A stretch of 64,000 bases of DNA from Octopus bimaculoides (GCF_001194135.2 NC_068983.1:53094280-53158279); one strand, 5' to 3'; counted from the first letter of the stretch, positions 40,915 to 55,303 are shown. Numbers and translations are program-made. The notes: generated by a model from the letters alone, not told the origin.

Positions 40915-40965
40915 TTATCATCATTGTCGTTTAACATCTGCTTTCCATGCTGGCATGGTTTGGAT
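40915..40965 (-). mobile_element. RTE LINE 3' tip
   Basis: (CAT)n-CGTTTAACATCTGCTTTCCATGCTGGCATGG. Confidence 0.8.
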
Positions 40966-43009
40966 ATATATATATGTATATGTATAATACACATACACAC
41001 AATGCATTGCATTTCACTGGGTTTAAACTATCGTTCGCTTGGATCTACAGAAATAAGATCTAAAATTGATTAACTTATACAGTCATAATAATAAGCACAG
41101 AATTAAATAGAGTACAATTTAATATTATTTACTACTAAAATTATGGATTAAAAGTGTCTATTAAAACACGAAGAGTGAAGCAATAAGTAATTTATAAATA
41201 AATGAATAAATAAATAGTTTTAATTTCTAAAAGTGAAAAGTATAATTTATTAGATGGTCTTTTCTGGTTGAAAATGTCAACAAGTGTTGTTATAAACAAA
41301 TCTTAATACACTACTGAATAGCAAATGTCTGTCTGATTTATTGTTTCTTCAACTTTGATGTTATGTATAATTTTTAACTGCATTAAGTACCAAATCACCT
41401 CCAACTGCTTTGCTATTATTCAACCCTCTTCATAGAAGTTTATGATATAGTTGCTTCAAGATAAAACTCAAGTTATCTGGGAAGAACCATCACTTCAGTA
41501 CCACTCAGACCGATTTTCATGAAATAAACAAATATACACTGTCAATACATTTGACAACTACAAACTATAAATTAAAAACTTCTTTTCTTTTTTATATTTT
41601 TATTTATAATATCTTCTTTTAAGTTTCTATAAAATCTAAGCTATTTCACAAATTATTTCCATAGTATTCTCTTACATTGTTCTTAATCGTATCATAATCT
41701 GATTTCAATCTCTTATGTTAGTAAAACGTTAACAGTATATTAGACACATCTACATATTCTATTAAATTTCTAAATACATTTTTTTAACATCAGCCTTTTA
41801 GCTTTAACATGTATTTTTCTAAGGTGCTGCAGTTGCATTTTCATAGTTGTATCCGGAATTATATGCAAATCATGTTGTTATAATTGTGTAAGTGAATTTA
41901 AGAGAATGTTTTAATGGGAGAGAGCTTTTAATAGTTTTCTTTTTTAATCTGGATACTTTTGTTAATTATATTTGCATGTCTTAAGCAATTACTATTAATT
42001 AGAAAGTTCATTCAAGATGTTATTTCTTGATTTCATTTATATCTAATATATTTCATTATATATTTCATTTGTATCTATAATTTCCATTTAAATGCTTTAC
42101 TTCTATACTTTAATTAATTTCATTATTAATCAATGATATTTGCAACAATGCGTAGTTTTAATTTAAAAAATATCCTAACTTTGATCTTGATCAGATCTAT
42201 TATATTTAACCTCAGAGCCAATAATTTGCAGAATCAAAGTAACTATTACACAAATCCCATAGTATTTAGTGTTAAAATAAGCAAATAAAAAACTCCAAAA
42301 TTTATAATGATAACAATATTAATTAAATTCAGTGTTTTATTTGAAATATTTGTGCATATCAACATTCTGTAGGTTGAAATCTACATGTAAATTATTCAGT
42401 GTGTCTATCTTTAATACAGAAGGTAATGCTGGCATTTCTGTAAAATTTTTAAACCATTTAATGGAAAAAAATATGTTATTTGTTAACATATTTAAAAGAA
42501 TATATTGTCTCAAGATCATTAAGTGTATGCTTCTCATAAAATTTTATGAGAAGCTATTTTAATGAAGAGAAAGACTTGGCATGATTCTGACAGCTTGATT
42601 CTTGATGATAAATCATTGAACTGAAGAATGTCTTTTATTGAAGATTCTTTTATCATCTTTGTCATTTTCCTATTCCATTCTAGATATGCAGATATGCAGA
42701 ATATCTTTTATTTTACACTTTGATTTTGGCTAATCTCATATTTTCTTGATTTATTTAATTACTTCCTACCAAATTGTCTTTGATCTACTTCTGTCACGAT
42801 TTGGTACTACTAACAGCCCAAAGGACTTATTGTCTCAGAATATGTCATTTTCAGGAAATGTGTATAAATGTTCAGTATTCTTTCCTGCATAAATAAGTCA
42901 ATGTCTTTGATGTTCAGTCATTTTCTCTATCTATTAAGGATCACATTTTCTTATCAGTTAATATTGCAAAACCAATAAGCCATTCTCTACTTATTTTGTT
43001 GATTGCTCA

Positions 43010-43232
43010 TTAATCCTTTTGATTCCAAGCTACATCAGACAGCCTCTGGTTCTACGATACAAAGCTGTCTATTTTAAAGTCTTTGCATCTAAATTAAAAC
43101 CAATCAGTACCTGCATGATAATGAACAAGTTAGTTACTTCACTAAACTTTGCTAAGTTCTTGATTATTTTCAAAATTAATTTAAATATGTGCATGGCATA
43201 TTACATTAGAAATATGGTCATGAAAAGGTCGA
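43010..43232. mobile_element. piggyBac-type MITE, older copy
   Basis: TTAATCCTTTTGAT.CCAA...GCCTCTGG.TCT...ACTAA...AAAATTAATT...ATGAAAAGG is colinear with 61373-61592. Confidence 0.65.
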
Positions 43233-43855
43233 GTGTAATGTACTGTCAAGCTGGATAGGAACTCATTTTATCTGTCGCCATTACAAAGAGAAAGAGAGGG
43301 GTGAGTAGTCTTTTGTCACTAAGATGTTGCATTACATAAAAGTTTTCAATTTCCTATATTATTAAAACTTAGACTTTCACTATTAAGTTTCCAATTTTAT
43401 TAAGAGAAGTGATCTATTACTTCCAGTGAGGCCTCCATACAGTTAATGGTCTTCAGTTTATGGTTTATTCCTGCTATTTGCTGTGTGGTATATCTAGCTC
43501 AACTAAAATCTTGGTTTTTATCTTACTCAACCACAAATACCTCTTCTTTCTTTGTGTACTTATTACATTTGTATAGATTTTATTTTGAGGAGTTTCTTCT
43601 GCCTTCTTACTGTTAAGATTATGTTCATCATTATATGTGATTTTTGTGGATGTTGTATTTTGGTGAAGGACGATTTTTTCTTCAGTTCTTTCTGCTCTAA
43701 CCTTCGTGCAGTGTTTGAATTGATTTTACTGAGATATTTTATAATTTTTCTATTATATATAGTATATTTCTCCTTAGCTTCATTCCAGTTAGTTCTATTA
43801 TTAATAGTTTAGTTTATATATGAATTGGTATATTCTTTTTGAGTATGGAATTTTC

Positions 43856-44268
43856 ATAGGCACAGGAGTGACTGTGTGGTAAGTAGCTTTCTTACCAACC
43901 ACATGGTTCTGGGCTCAGTCCCACTGTGTGGCACCTTGGCCAAGTGTCTTCTACTATAACCTCGGGCTGACCAAAGCCTTGTGAGTGCATTTGGTAGACG
44001 GAAACTGAAAGAAGCCTGTCGTATATATGCATATATATATATATATGTGTGTGTGTTTGTGTATGTTTGTGTGTCTGTGTTTGTCCCCCCATCTTTGCTT
44101 GACAACCGATGCTGGTGTGTTTACGTCCCCGTAACTTAGCTGTTTGGCAAAATAGACCGATAGAGTAAGTACTATGCTTACAAAGAATAAGTCCTGGGGT
44201 CGATCTGCTTGACTAAAGGCGGTGCTCCATCATGGCCACAGTCAAATGACTGAAACAAGTAAAAGAAA
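43856..44268 (+). mobile_element. Full-length SINE family A (head, microsatellite, tail 1)
   Basis: AGGCACAGGAGTGACTGTGTGGTAAG...CTTGGCCAAGTGTCTT...(TA)(TG)n...GGCGGTGCTCCATCATGGCCACAGTCAAATGACTGAAACAAGTAAAAGA. Confidence 0.93.
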
Positions 44269-47094
44269 GTCCTCTTCTCTCAGTAATTCTCTGACTTTTT
44301 CCTGGACAAAACAATGTTTAATGATTTTCAGCTCCATCTAATTGATTTTTAATTTGCTGTCACTTTTCTTATGTTATATAAGGAAAATTATTAGAATCCA
44401 CTGGATCTTTTGGATTCTTCTTTTCATGTGTAATAGCTAAAATGTAGCTCATTAGTTCTAATGTTTCTCAGTATGACTGTTAAAATTGCTTGTATAACTT
44501 TTAGTTAGATCTCACTGAAACCTCAGAAACCTGTTACTTTTAGTAAAATATTCACTGGCATTACATTTATGCTCTATTGTCTACAATTGCATACAGCAAA
44601 GGTATTAATCTTCTACCTTGTAATGAATTTCATAAATATACCTTATTTTTTTTCTTAAAACATATATAAGCCCTTTATTATTCTGGGATTTTAAAGATTT
44701 CTTGGTCATTATTTGTCACTGTCCCTATTAGAAATTGTGTTATAAATTTTGTTTAGATGTTTTTTACTGACATTTCTACCAGCTGTTACAGTGGCTTCTT
44801 CTTGAAGCTGGCTGGTCTTATTCCACCTTCATTCAGACACTCTTTGTTCATCTCTCTTCTCATCGCCCATATTGTTTCCACCTGTCTCCATTGTCCCAAA
44901 AGACCTGCACTATTCACTACACCCTTGTCTTTCCTCCCCAAGACTTTTAGCTTCTGAAATTCTTATATCTGTTGACTTGCAATTATCCATGAAAACCATT
45001 GACCAATTTGATCTCACTAGTGTGGGTGGAATGAGAATGGAAAAGAACCAATTACAAAATGTTACTTGAGTATGGTAAGGTGCAGACTTGTGTCTATATA
45101 TTCAGCAATGTAGCAATTTCATCTGGTAATGCCTGTGGATATTTTCTTGAAAATTACAGTTAAAGCAACAACAATTTGATTGTATTGCTTTCAAAGTTTT
45201 AAAAATAATCTTTGTGTAATAATGAACCACAATAGAAAAATTATGATAAGTATTTACAAAAAACTACTTTATTCTGAGAATTACAAACAATTTGAACTTG
45301 TGACAATGTCTACTTTTCAGTTCATTCTAATATAGTAAAAAGAAAAAAGAGAATGTAAATTTCTCAAAATTAACAGCTTGTAAGTATATAAAAAAAGAAA
45401 AATATTAATTAAACATAAAATTCTATATAACTGATCAAGAGAAGTCTGACTTAGAGAAAGTGTTCAATAATTATCTGTTATAACTATATTTTTGTTTTAC
45501 TTCAACATATGCATTGAAATATTCATCGACAAATATGAAGAAAATTACCTTCAGAACACATTTACATAAAAAAACATAAAAACCTGAAAAATATTTGAAA
45601 ACGTGAATTTTTTATAAATGTACTGCCATATATTTGGCATTTCTAAATCAAGCATAGTTATTATGGAGAAAGAATTGTATGAATTTACTTCTGAAAACAT
45701 GGAAAATAATTTTCTTTTCCTTTCATACTTTATTCACAACTTTGATGGAAAAATAATTTTTATATTACTGTAACCTACATAGGTGACTGAGTGCAAATAA
45801 GAATATATTTACAAAATTTTACGACATTTTTCAAGATTAATAAAGTATATAACATAAAGAAATTACAGCTAGTCTTATTGCAAGCAGCAATTTGAAATAT
45901 CAATATTCTTTTTTTATCTTCTATATGATTATTATTTATAGATTATTTTTAATGAAACAGGATAAAACAATTAAGAATATTTTAATTGTTTATATAGTTT
46001 TATAGTAGTTAGCTCTATTACTATAATCTTCAGCAACCAAATTATCATTATTTTAATGTCTTTTCCAAAAAAAAGCATGTTTTGGATATTGGGTACATAA
46101 TTATTCTATTAAATTTCAAAGACCCTGTGGTTATATTTATTGCTGCTATCTCAGGAAATCCTCATCTTGTTTTTATTTCCTTGTGAAGTTTTTATTCATG
46201 CCTTTATAACTAAACATGCATAATTCTTTCTATTGAGCATCAGTAGGTCATGCATTTACATATTTCCTTCCTTGTAATCTCTTAAATCTTGTTTTTCTGA
46301 TGAGTTTCAAACTTGTAGTTTTTGTTAAATTGATTCTATAGTTAAATCCAGATCAATTCCTCGCTAAAATCTCATGTGTATAGATTTCAAACATCTGGTG
46401 TATTGGATTGAAAATTTCAAGTTAAATGATGTATTTCAAAATCCTACTTCAAGGATAATGATATATTATTATCAAATGTACTAATCAAATTTTCAGACAG
46501 CAAATATTGCAATTATTCATGAACTGCATATCTGCTTTTGTTTCAGATATTCCTCCTGCTGCTCTGTATTCCCCTATCCTTTGCTATAAACAAAGAGTGT
46601 TTGCTATGAAATTATGGAGATGAGTTACAGATAAAATTCCAAAATCAATTTTATTCTCAGTTACTAATACCACAGTTTTCTGCAAATTTTATGGTTTGAT
46701 ATAATACAGTGGTATGTGTTGTGAAAGAATGACACTGTTAACATATTTAATTTGGATTTTGAGAACTATGAACAACAGTGTCAGATGTGTTATTTAATAA
46801 CTCATGCTCAAACCATTTAGAATTGGTTTGGAGATATTGATTAATTACATTAAGCTATGAAAGACCAACTTTATTTCATAAGAAATAACCATTACTGTAC
46901 TTTATATATCCAACAATTATTCTGATAGCAACAATATATATAAAATATTTCTGAATATTTATTTCATAATTTCTTATAAAATCAAGTTTATATTTTTAAT
47001 TTTTCTTTCTTACCACAGTTGAATTTATTTTTGACAAGGATTGCATGAGAAACTAAGTCATTTTATGCAATATGTGTTCTTGATGAGCATACAC

Positions 47095-47160
47095 GTTGCT
47101 GTTGAGCTTCAGGTCAGCCCTGATTCAGTAGACTTATGATCAAGAGTTTTCCAGCTTATA
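47095..47160 (-). mobile_element. Repeat family D 3' piece
   Basis: Shared with 11860-11910. Confidence 0.45.
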
Positions 47161-48009
47161 TCTTTTTGCATGCGTGCATTCGTGAAGTTAGACAAATATG
47201 ATATCATCAACACAGGGCTGGATTGTCAACCAGTATATTCTTTTACTGTTATTTTTTACTGCTTTAGGTTACTGAATGGCTGGGCACAGTCTTTAAGAGC
47301 TTATTCTCTAAACAATGATAATTATATAATTTCTGAGACAAGAAGCAACGTAGGGAGTTAAAAGCATGTTCTTATAAGGATTTTATCAGAAGAGTAACAT
47401 TTAAAATGTGAAACTTTTGCAGATGTTTTTCAGTCTAAATAATTAAAAGAAAATAGTTATGTAAGTATAATATACTTAATTGATAATTGTTGAGTATTTT
47501 ATGTGATATATGGGAATTTCTATAAATATTTGTGAAAATATAGCTACATAGATAAGTGTGCTACCTGCCAGACTGAATGACTCTTCAAACTGGTCAGTTT
47601 TCTCTCAGTTCTCTGCTAACAGTCCTGTCAGCACATGCTCTTCATTTCTAACTTAACAGATGAATAGGTGATTAACAATCTACTTGACTATGTCTCTCTC
47701 TATATATCTTACATATAATTCATAACCAAATGCACAAAACATATGATACTTTGCATGTCTGCTTGGAAAAAATCCTCTAGTCTTAATAACTGGATGGCCT
47801 TTACCAAACCATCATCCAAAATGTTAAAGATGCCTCTGTTCATTGATCAAACCACAAATACCTGCCACATCCCAAGCTACAGTTGATCCTTTTTGGCCGC
47901 TTGTCAAAAGAATCACTATAAACTTTGCAGAATACTTCTTTACACTTTTCAGCCATAATGGTTCTGTATATTCTCAAGGAGAAACCATACCTTTCCACCA
48001 AGTACAATA

Positions 48010-48067
<58 letters not shown>

Positions 48068-48070
48068 ACA

Positions 48071-48101
<31 letters not shown>

Positions 48102-48135
48102 TCTCTCTATATATATATATATCTCACACACACAG
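48010..48135 (+). repeat. Compound (CA)n(CT)n(TA)n microsatellite
   Basis: Direct reading. Confidence 0.95.
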
Positions 48136-48149
48136 TTTGAAAGCATTTT

Positions 48150-48800
48150 TGGTTGGTTCATTCCAACAAGACCACTGACTCTGATAAAGTCCCTTCCATT
48201 ACTCTCAAGCTGTGTGTCACTGAACTCTCCATTTTCTATCGACAGTTACCTATTCCAATCTTGGGAAACTTGTTATGAAGTATCATACTTGCCAAAAGGG
48301 GCAACCTTTCTTACATTACCAACTATCACCCTATTGCATTCACTTCCAGCATCTCAAAGATGATGGAATCAGTCATCAACAAAAAATTTTCCCCACATCT
48401 TGAATCTCTCTTTCCCTCTTTTGTTAAGCCACATTTACTGGGTACCTACTTTCATATACCATGCATTGGTGAGTCCTTGTCTTTGAGAAATTTAGTAAAA
48501 AGTGTGTTGTGATATCAGCAAGGCATTTGACAATATCTGGCATAGGAATTGCTTAGTAAAACTCCATAAGAGATGCATGAGTCTCCATTGATCTTTGATC
48601 TACCCTCTGTCAACTATAATGTGCCACAAAGTTCAATTTTGTCACCTCACCCTTCATCTTGTGCACTAACAAGCTATTTTCATAACCTCCAACATTACCC
48701 ATTCTCCACATATGATGCCACCTTTCATTCTTTGCTAACTTTCCGCACCCAGTCATCAGCTACGTGCAACTTGTCTCACACCAAATCTGCACTGACTAAT
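48150..48800 (+). mobile_element. CR1/Jockey-group LINE RT fragment
   Basis: PIAFTSSISKMMESVINKK (~48330-48385), CDISKAFDNIWH (48508-48543) and VPQSSILSP (~48621-48647) match the RT motifs DISKAFD.VWH and GVPQGSVLSP. Confidence 0.8.
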
Positions 48801-48989
48801 AAATAGATACTTTGAAAACATTTTCTTGTAGGCCATGCCAATCATGTTTCCTTCAGCTATATAGAAAGATATAATCATGCATATCAAGAAAATAAAAAAA
48901 ACAGTTTCATTTCCTGCCTCCACCCCCAAAACATAAACAACATGCAACTACATCTCAAGGCCATAATAAATGTTACAGTTGTGCATGAA

Positions 48990-49032
48990 TGCACCCACAC
49001 ACACACACACACACGCGCACACATATGCACAT

Positions 49033-49066
<34 letters not shown>

Positions 49067-49075
49067 GCACACGTT
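48990..49075 (+). repeat. (CA)n and (CT)n microsatellites
   Basis: Direct reading. Confidence 0.95.
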
Positions 49076-49249
49076 TCTTTCTCTTTCTTTCAGTCTGTCT
49101 GGCCATTAGTCTCTGTGTATCAGTACGTACATATATATTTTTTTCTGGTCTTAAGATTGATGCACATATCAATGCAGTAAATCATCAGTTCCAAAAGCGT
49201 GTGCGCATGCACAACACATATACAGATACACACAGGTGTGGCTGTGTAG

Positions 49250-49450
49250 TTGTAATCATCTTCATCAACATCATCATTTAATGTCTGCTTTCCATGCTGG
49301 CATGGGTTGGACGGTTTTATATGGAACTGGCCAGCTGGAAGTTGTTCAGATTCCAATTGTTTGTTGTGGTATGGTTTCTACAGCTGGATGCCCTTCCTAA
49401 TTCCAACCACTTAACAGAATGTTCTGGATACTTTTTATGTGCCACCAGTG
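49250..49450 (-). mobile_element. RTE LINE 3' UTR
   Basis: CATCATTTAATGTCTGCTTTCCATGCTGGCATGGGTTGGACGG...TTTCTACAGCTGGATGCCCTTCCTAA. Confidence 0.88.
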
Positions 49451-51409
49451 TTCTTTAAATCATTGAAAACCTGTCTTGTGTTTTAAGGTGACATTGTTAA
49501 TTACCTGACATGGCACAGAAGTCACGTAAAGTAAATTACATTAGATTATGCTTCTTTTATGCAAATGTCATATTTTGAATGCTCATGCAATGATAAAAAT
49601 ACATAGATTCTTTCAAAGGGTATATTGTAACATTGCCCATCATTTGTTATACCTATTGGAATAAGAAAAAAGTATCCAGTCTAACTTTATTTTTAAGTCA
49701 TATGTGAAATTTGATTATTAATTTACAGTACTTACAACTAAGAAGAAAAATAGACCAAAACCATCTGTATTTTCCTTATCTTAAAGAATAGTTATGAGTT
49801 CTTCAGTTATGAGTTCAAAAGGCTGAATCAAAGGAAGAATTTCAAGAGTACCATCCTCATTCTTGTGGCTCATTGTCATGTTTACATTTGCTTCTGTATG
49901 CTAGTATGTGTTGGATGGATCAGTTTCAATACAATATCACCTTTTTGCAATTCTCACTCTCCTTTATTGTCTCCTTTCCAAGATTAACTAGCTAACAACA
50001 CTTCTTTTTACATCTTTGAACTTTCTTTTTAGTAGGCTCATTTTATCTTGCATTCTTTGACACTCCTTCCAACTATAATTTTATGATGCATAACGTGTCC
50101 TTAAATTTGCAGTCATCATTTTTCTATTCTATGAGGATTACCTCTGTTCTGCAGTTTTTTTCCCCAGCACACTAGGTATTATTGTTGATGCATTGTGACA
50201 AACATCCAACAGCAGATGCTCAATTCTTTCCAACCTTTACTTATCCTTTATATGCAGCACTCATGTGTCTCTACCATGCAATATCCTACTTCATACATAA
50301 ATATAACATAGTTTGCTTTTCACTCAGAGATAAAAATTCTTTGTTGTTAGCATTATGTATTTATTGATAGAGCACAGGACACACGCATTTCAGCAGTACG
50401 CAATAGAGATTTAGATAGAATTATTGGTATAGACAACTGGATGGATGAATGCATGAATAGATTTGTTAACCAAAACCAAGACATAATATAATCATTACCA
50501 TTTTGAAATGAAACCTGAAATGACAAAGTCGAATTCATCTTGATTAAGAAGTAGGGTTGATGCCTATTATATTCATAAATACAAAAGTGATACTATCTAT
50601 TCTATGCAGATGAAATATAAAAAAAAAAGCATGATTCTTTGGTTTTGCATCTGTTGTACCTCCCTAATTATTTCAGTATAGTTATGACTTCAATGTTTAT
50701 TAAAAGAAACTTAGTATTACAAGGAGTATGAAATGACTATACAGAAATCAAAATCACATCTGAGGCTAATTTAGATGAAAAATTACCTGTTGCTCTATGC
50801 TTCTTATAAAGTAGGCATGAACAAAATAAACATATATGATTTTTAAAAAAAACATTTTTTTTCCCAAGAAGGATGAGGAGTACCTATAGTCATTGCAGCT
50901 GCTTTCATACAGATTAGGTCAAGTGATGTTTAGTTTAAAATTTGAGACATAATAAAAAAAGTTGGGGTGGTAATAAAAAAATTGGTAGAGGGTAAGTTAT
51001 CTAAAGTTGAAATTTTGAGAAGGAAAGATTACTCAGAGTGAGACAGAATAGATAATGTCCAGAGAAAAGGTGTGAGCATGAAGTGACTTTGGATAATGTT
51101 ATAGGAAGCAGTTAAACAATAAGTAGCAAAAAGTGAAGTGTTATATTTTTATGCAGTTAGAATAAATAGGAATAAAAGTTATCATTACTATTATTTTTTA
51201 TGGATTTGGCATATTATTGGGTGGAAATTGCTCAGAAACTCAATACTGTACACGTGATTTAGTTCATGATCATTTTTATTTATATTTTGAGGAATTTGTA
51301 GAATTGAAGTTTTAAAATGATCTAATAGGAACTCAAATAGATGATGCTTGCCCTTTATCCTAGCAGATTTTAATTTCTTCTCTGTATGTTTTATTATGAT
51401 ATCTTTGCT

Positions 51410-51459
51410 TATATCATCATTGTCATTGTCATCATCATCATATTGTCATTATCATCATC

Positions 51460-51491
<32 letters not shown>

Positions 51492-51492
51492 G
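51410..51492 (+). repeat. (CAT)n/(CAC)n trinucleotide tract
   Basis: Direct reading. Confidence 0.9.
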
Positions 51493-51504
51493 ATTACATG
51501 ACCA

Positions 51505-51708
51505 AGTAGGATCATCAAAACATTGGAAAAATGCATTACAGTATTTCTTCCAACTTTTTACATTCCAAGTTCAAATCCTGATATGGTCAACTTTGCCTTT
51601 CATCCTCCTAGGACCAATAAAATAAGTACCAATCAAGGATTTGGGTTCATGGTATCAACTAAACCCCCGTCCCCTAAATTTCAAACCTTGTGTCTATATT
51701 TGAAACAG
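51505..51708 (+). mobile_element. SINE family B, degraded
   Basis: GTTCAAATCCTG..ATGGTCAACTTTGCCTTTCATCC...AATAAGTACC...TTTGAAAC. Confidence 0.8.
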
Positions 51709-52119
51709 TTATAAAATTTTTGATGACTAAAATATAGACAGTTTAATATTTACATAACTTTTAGAACTTGGTTGGTTTCCGTCAAAATATATTCATCTTT
51801 TCCCTTGATTATGCAAAACAAATCTATCATTTGTGCTTGATATTAAAGATTTTGAATTCCCTAGCAAATATAAAAACGTATTGATTTTTATTGTAATTCA
51901 TTATTGGCTTCATTTGTTCAATTGAGCGGACTTTAAGAGGTCAAGTTATTTGGGGAAATATTTTTATAGCATTTTTAAAATATACTTTTAAATGATGATG
52001 CTCCAGTCTTGAAATCCTGCATGGTTTGTGATATTGTTATTATTACTAAGCAGCCCCAGTTGGATCTGCTTGGCTGAATAAATAATTGGTACAACTGATT
52101 CAATTTGGACAATTCAATT

Positions 52120-52480
52120 TCCATACCTATTTTTACGTATGGTCATGAATGTTGAGTAATGACCAAAAGACTACGATTGCAAATACAAGCAGCTGAAATG
52201 GATTCCTCCAAAGCATCTCTAGAATAAAATTACATGACAGGGCGCATAGCTTGGAGATCACAGCTCTGGTATTATGGATATGTGATTAGAATATCACAGG
52301 AAAGAAACACAAGATGGATTCTTCAAGCTAAGTCAACTGGTAGGTGACGTAGAGGTAGATTAAACATGAGATAGTTGGATAATATCTATAATCTCATTTG
52401 GTCAAATTTGGGAATTCAGCCAGAAAGTGTAATGATGGTTGCTTCTGACAGTTGCTTGAGGACTCTACTCTATGAAACCC
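52120..52480 (+). mobile_element. RTE-clade LINE (second family) ORF2 C-terminal remnant
   Basis: FTYGHEC*VMTKRLRLQIQAAEM...SQLWYYGYVIRI...GR*RRGRLNMR*LDNI matches LTYGHELWVMT.R.R.RIQAAEM...SQLRWFGH..RM...GRRPRGRP..RW.D. Confidence 0.85.
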
Positions 52481-53510
52481 CCTAGGAATAGTGGGCAGAA
52501 AAGATGGCTGTGGTGTCGGATATGCTGCAAATATTGTTACATTTATACAGTTGAAGGAAGTTTCATCTACTTTTTCTGTTCACCCTATTTTCTCTGTACA
52601 GAGGTTTAAATAGTAAATAGAGCTAAAGTATTGTTCTGTGTAGGGTGTTTAAGACATGATTTGCATGCCAATTTCCATTGCAATAAAATTAAGTTTGAGG
52701 TTTGTAATAAACAGCATGCCTTGAATCAGTTATCCTAAGCATTGTATAATTTTATATTTTCACTTTTTTTTTATAATCATATCATATATCAAACTTTCCA
52801 TTTTGTAAAACATTTTTTTAAAAATGTACTAATGGCCTTAATTTTGTATCAAGTCAGTTTGCAATTTGTTTTCATTACTTTCCGATTTTGATAATTTGTC
52901 ACCTGTTTTTTTTCTTAAAAAAATAAATCAATTACTGATTTGTTCCAAATTTAATATTGTGATTTTCAGATATTTAATTGCTTAATTTCTACATTGCTGT
53001 TCTATTTTATCAAAGATGTTTTTTAAAAGAAAATCCAATATTCACTTAGTTCAGAGATAATGACTTGATAAATTACATTTTAATTAATTATTTTTAGTGT
53101 TTAGTTAGCTTTTCGGTACTTGATAAAAGCTAGATTAGCTAATGTCAAGTTAATAATTGTCATAACCTGTTATGCTATACCAGCTTATGGGAAATTCCAG
53201 TTTATAGATTAAAGTGACTGTAAGTAATACAAATAGTTGAAACAGTGGAATATGCTTTATGCTATGATGATGATAAGAAGCTTGTTATTTTGGTCACTTG
53301 TCTCTCTTTCTTTGGAGAGACATAAAAAAGTCATATCACTTGGCCTCAAAAGATACTTATATTACCCAGAGATCAAATAAAGTCATCACTAGTTTACAAA
53401 AAAACTTATGCTTATCACCTACACTAGGAGAAACACTGCTTTCTAGGCACTTTTCTCCTAGAGTATATGTCTTTTGTGAATATGTGTGTGTGCATGTGCC
53501 TGAAAATATA

Positions 53511-53560
<50 letters not shown>

Positions 53561-54387
53561 AGTAAAAATAAATACAAAAAAGGTGGGGGGGGGTTTGTTT
53601 TTTTTTTGTATGATTGTGTATAGAGGAATATATTATTTTGCTTAAAAGAGTTCCAACACTGTCTGTTTTTTATGTTTTATTTATATTCCTGCAGAACTAA
53701 TGTGGGGTATAGAATATGGAATATACAATATATAATATGATATACAATATAAAATAAAATAAAATAAANNNNNNNNNNNNNNNNNNNNNNNNNNNNNNNN
53801 NNNNNNNNNNNNNNNNNNNNNNNNNNNNNNNNNNNNNNNNNNNNNNNNNNNNNNNNNNNNNNNNNNNNNNNNNNNNNNNNNNNNNNNNNNNNNNNNNNNN
53901 NNNNNNNNNNNNNNNNNNNNNNNNNNNNNNNNNNNNNNNNNNNNNNNNNNNNNNNNNNNNNNNNNNNNNNNNNNNNNNNNNNNNNNNNNNNNNNNNNNNN
54001 NNNNNNNNNNNNNNNNNNNNNNNNNNNNNNNNNNNNNNNNNNNNNNNNNNNNNNNNNNNNNNNNNNNNNNNNNNNNNNNNNNNNNNNNNNNNNNNNNNNN
54101 NNNNNNNNNNNNNNNNNNNNNNNNNNNNNNNNNNNNNNNNNNNNNNNNNNNNNNNNNNNNNNNNNNNNNNNNNNNNNNNNNNNNNNNNNNNNNNNNNNNN
54201 NNNNNNNNNNNNNNNNNNNNNNNNNNNNNNNNNNNNNNNNNNNNNNNGGGTTTGAATTTCTTAATAAAGTCCTTTTCTTTGCATTTTCTTTCAATTTCAT
54301 TCTGGTTATAAAGTTTATGGAATGGAAATATAATAAATATAATATATATATATATATATACAGAGAGAGAGAGAGAGATAGATGTAT

Positions 54388-54606
54388 ATTCGTTTCTACT
54401 CTGGGCACAAGGCCTGAAATTTTGGGGGAGGGGGGGCCAGTCAATTAGATCGATCCAGTACACAACTGGTACTTAATTTATTGACCCCGAAAGGATGAAA
54501 GGTAAAGTTGGCCTCGGCAGAATTTGAACTCAGAATGTAAAGACAGACGAAATACCACTAAGCATTTTGCCTGGTGTGCTAACGTTTCTGCCAGCTTGCT
54601 GCCTTA
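54388..54606 (-). mobile_element. SINE family B, well preserved
   Basis: Reverse complement of 61662-61881 over its full length. Confidence 0.93.
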
Positions 54607-55303
54607 AAATGTTTGTATATTAAATCCATTTGGGTTTTAACCCTGGAATTTTCTTTATAAAGTCTATCTATGGGTATCAGTTATCAGATACTATTATCCA
54701 ACAACAAAGATTGCTTTACTGATGTTATATCTGAAAACTTGTAAATATCCATGGAGTTTATACAAACATTAACAAGGAAGATGAAGTGAGCAACTCATTT
54801 TATTTCATAACTCTGTAAATTGTTTCATTGATTCTGTACCAGAAGTTTATTGCTGGCATATTATATAATATATGAAATAATACACAAAATCAGTTTTTAT
54901 CCCAGCAATACTGGGAAATATTGACTCTTCAGGTCTATGTATAAATCAATCATTTGCTGAAAGAATCTTTATTTCAACCTCTTGTTGAAGATGTTCTTAT
55001 TATACCATTAGCATGTCATAGTTAAAACAAATACACAATAAACTACAAATACAAATTACTGGCCACGAAATAGAATGAATGAAAGAGAACAAAAGAATAA
55101 GAGAACAAGAAAGAGAACAAAAAGGAACATGAATAAATAAAATAAATAAAATAAATGAACATATCAAATATATAAGATATGCTCTTCATTTAACTCAAAA
55201 GAGTGTAATTTCGGAAAGGTTTGGTTGCTATTTCCAGCATATCATTCAACTGTGTTGAAAACTGAAACCTTCCGATGTTCATTGATGTCATCTGACATCG
55301 TCA

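Noticed and set aside
47840-49356. HT-, CV- and RE-repeat ORFs
   Set aside because: They are microsatellite translations.
53677-54463. 255- and 260-aa ORFs
   Set aside because: Their length comes from the 480-N gap.
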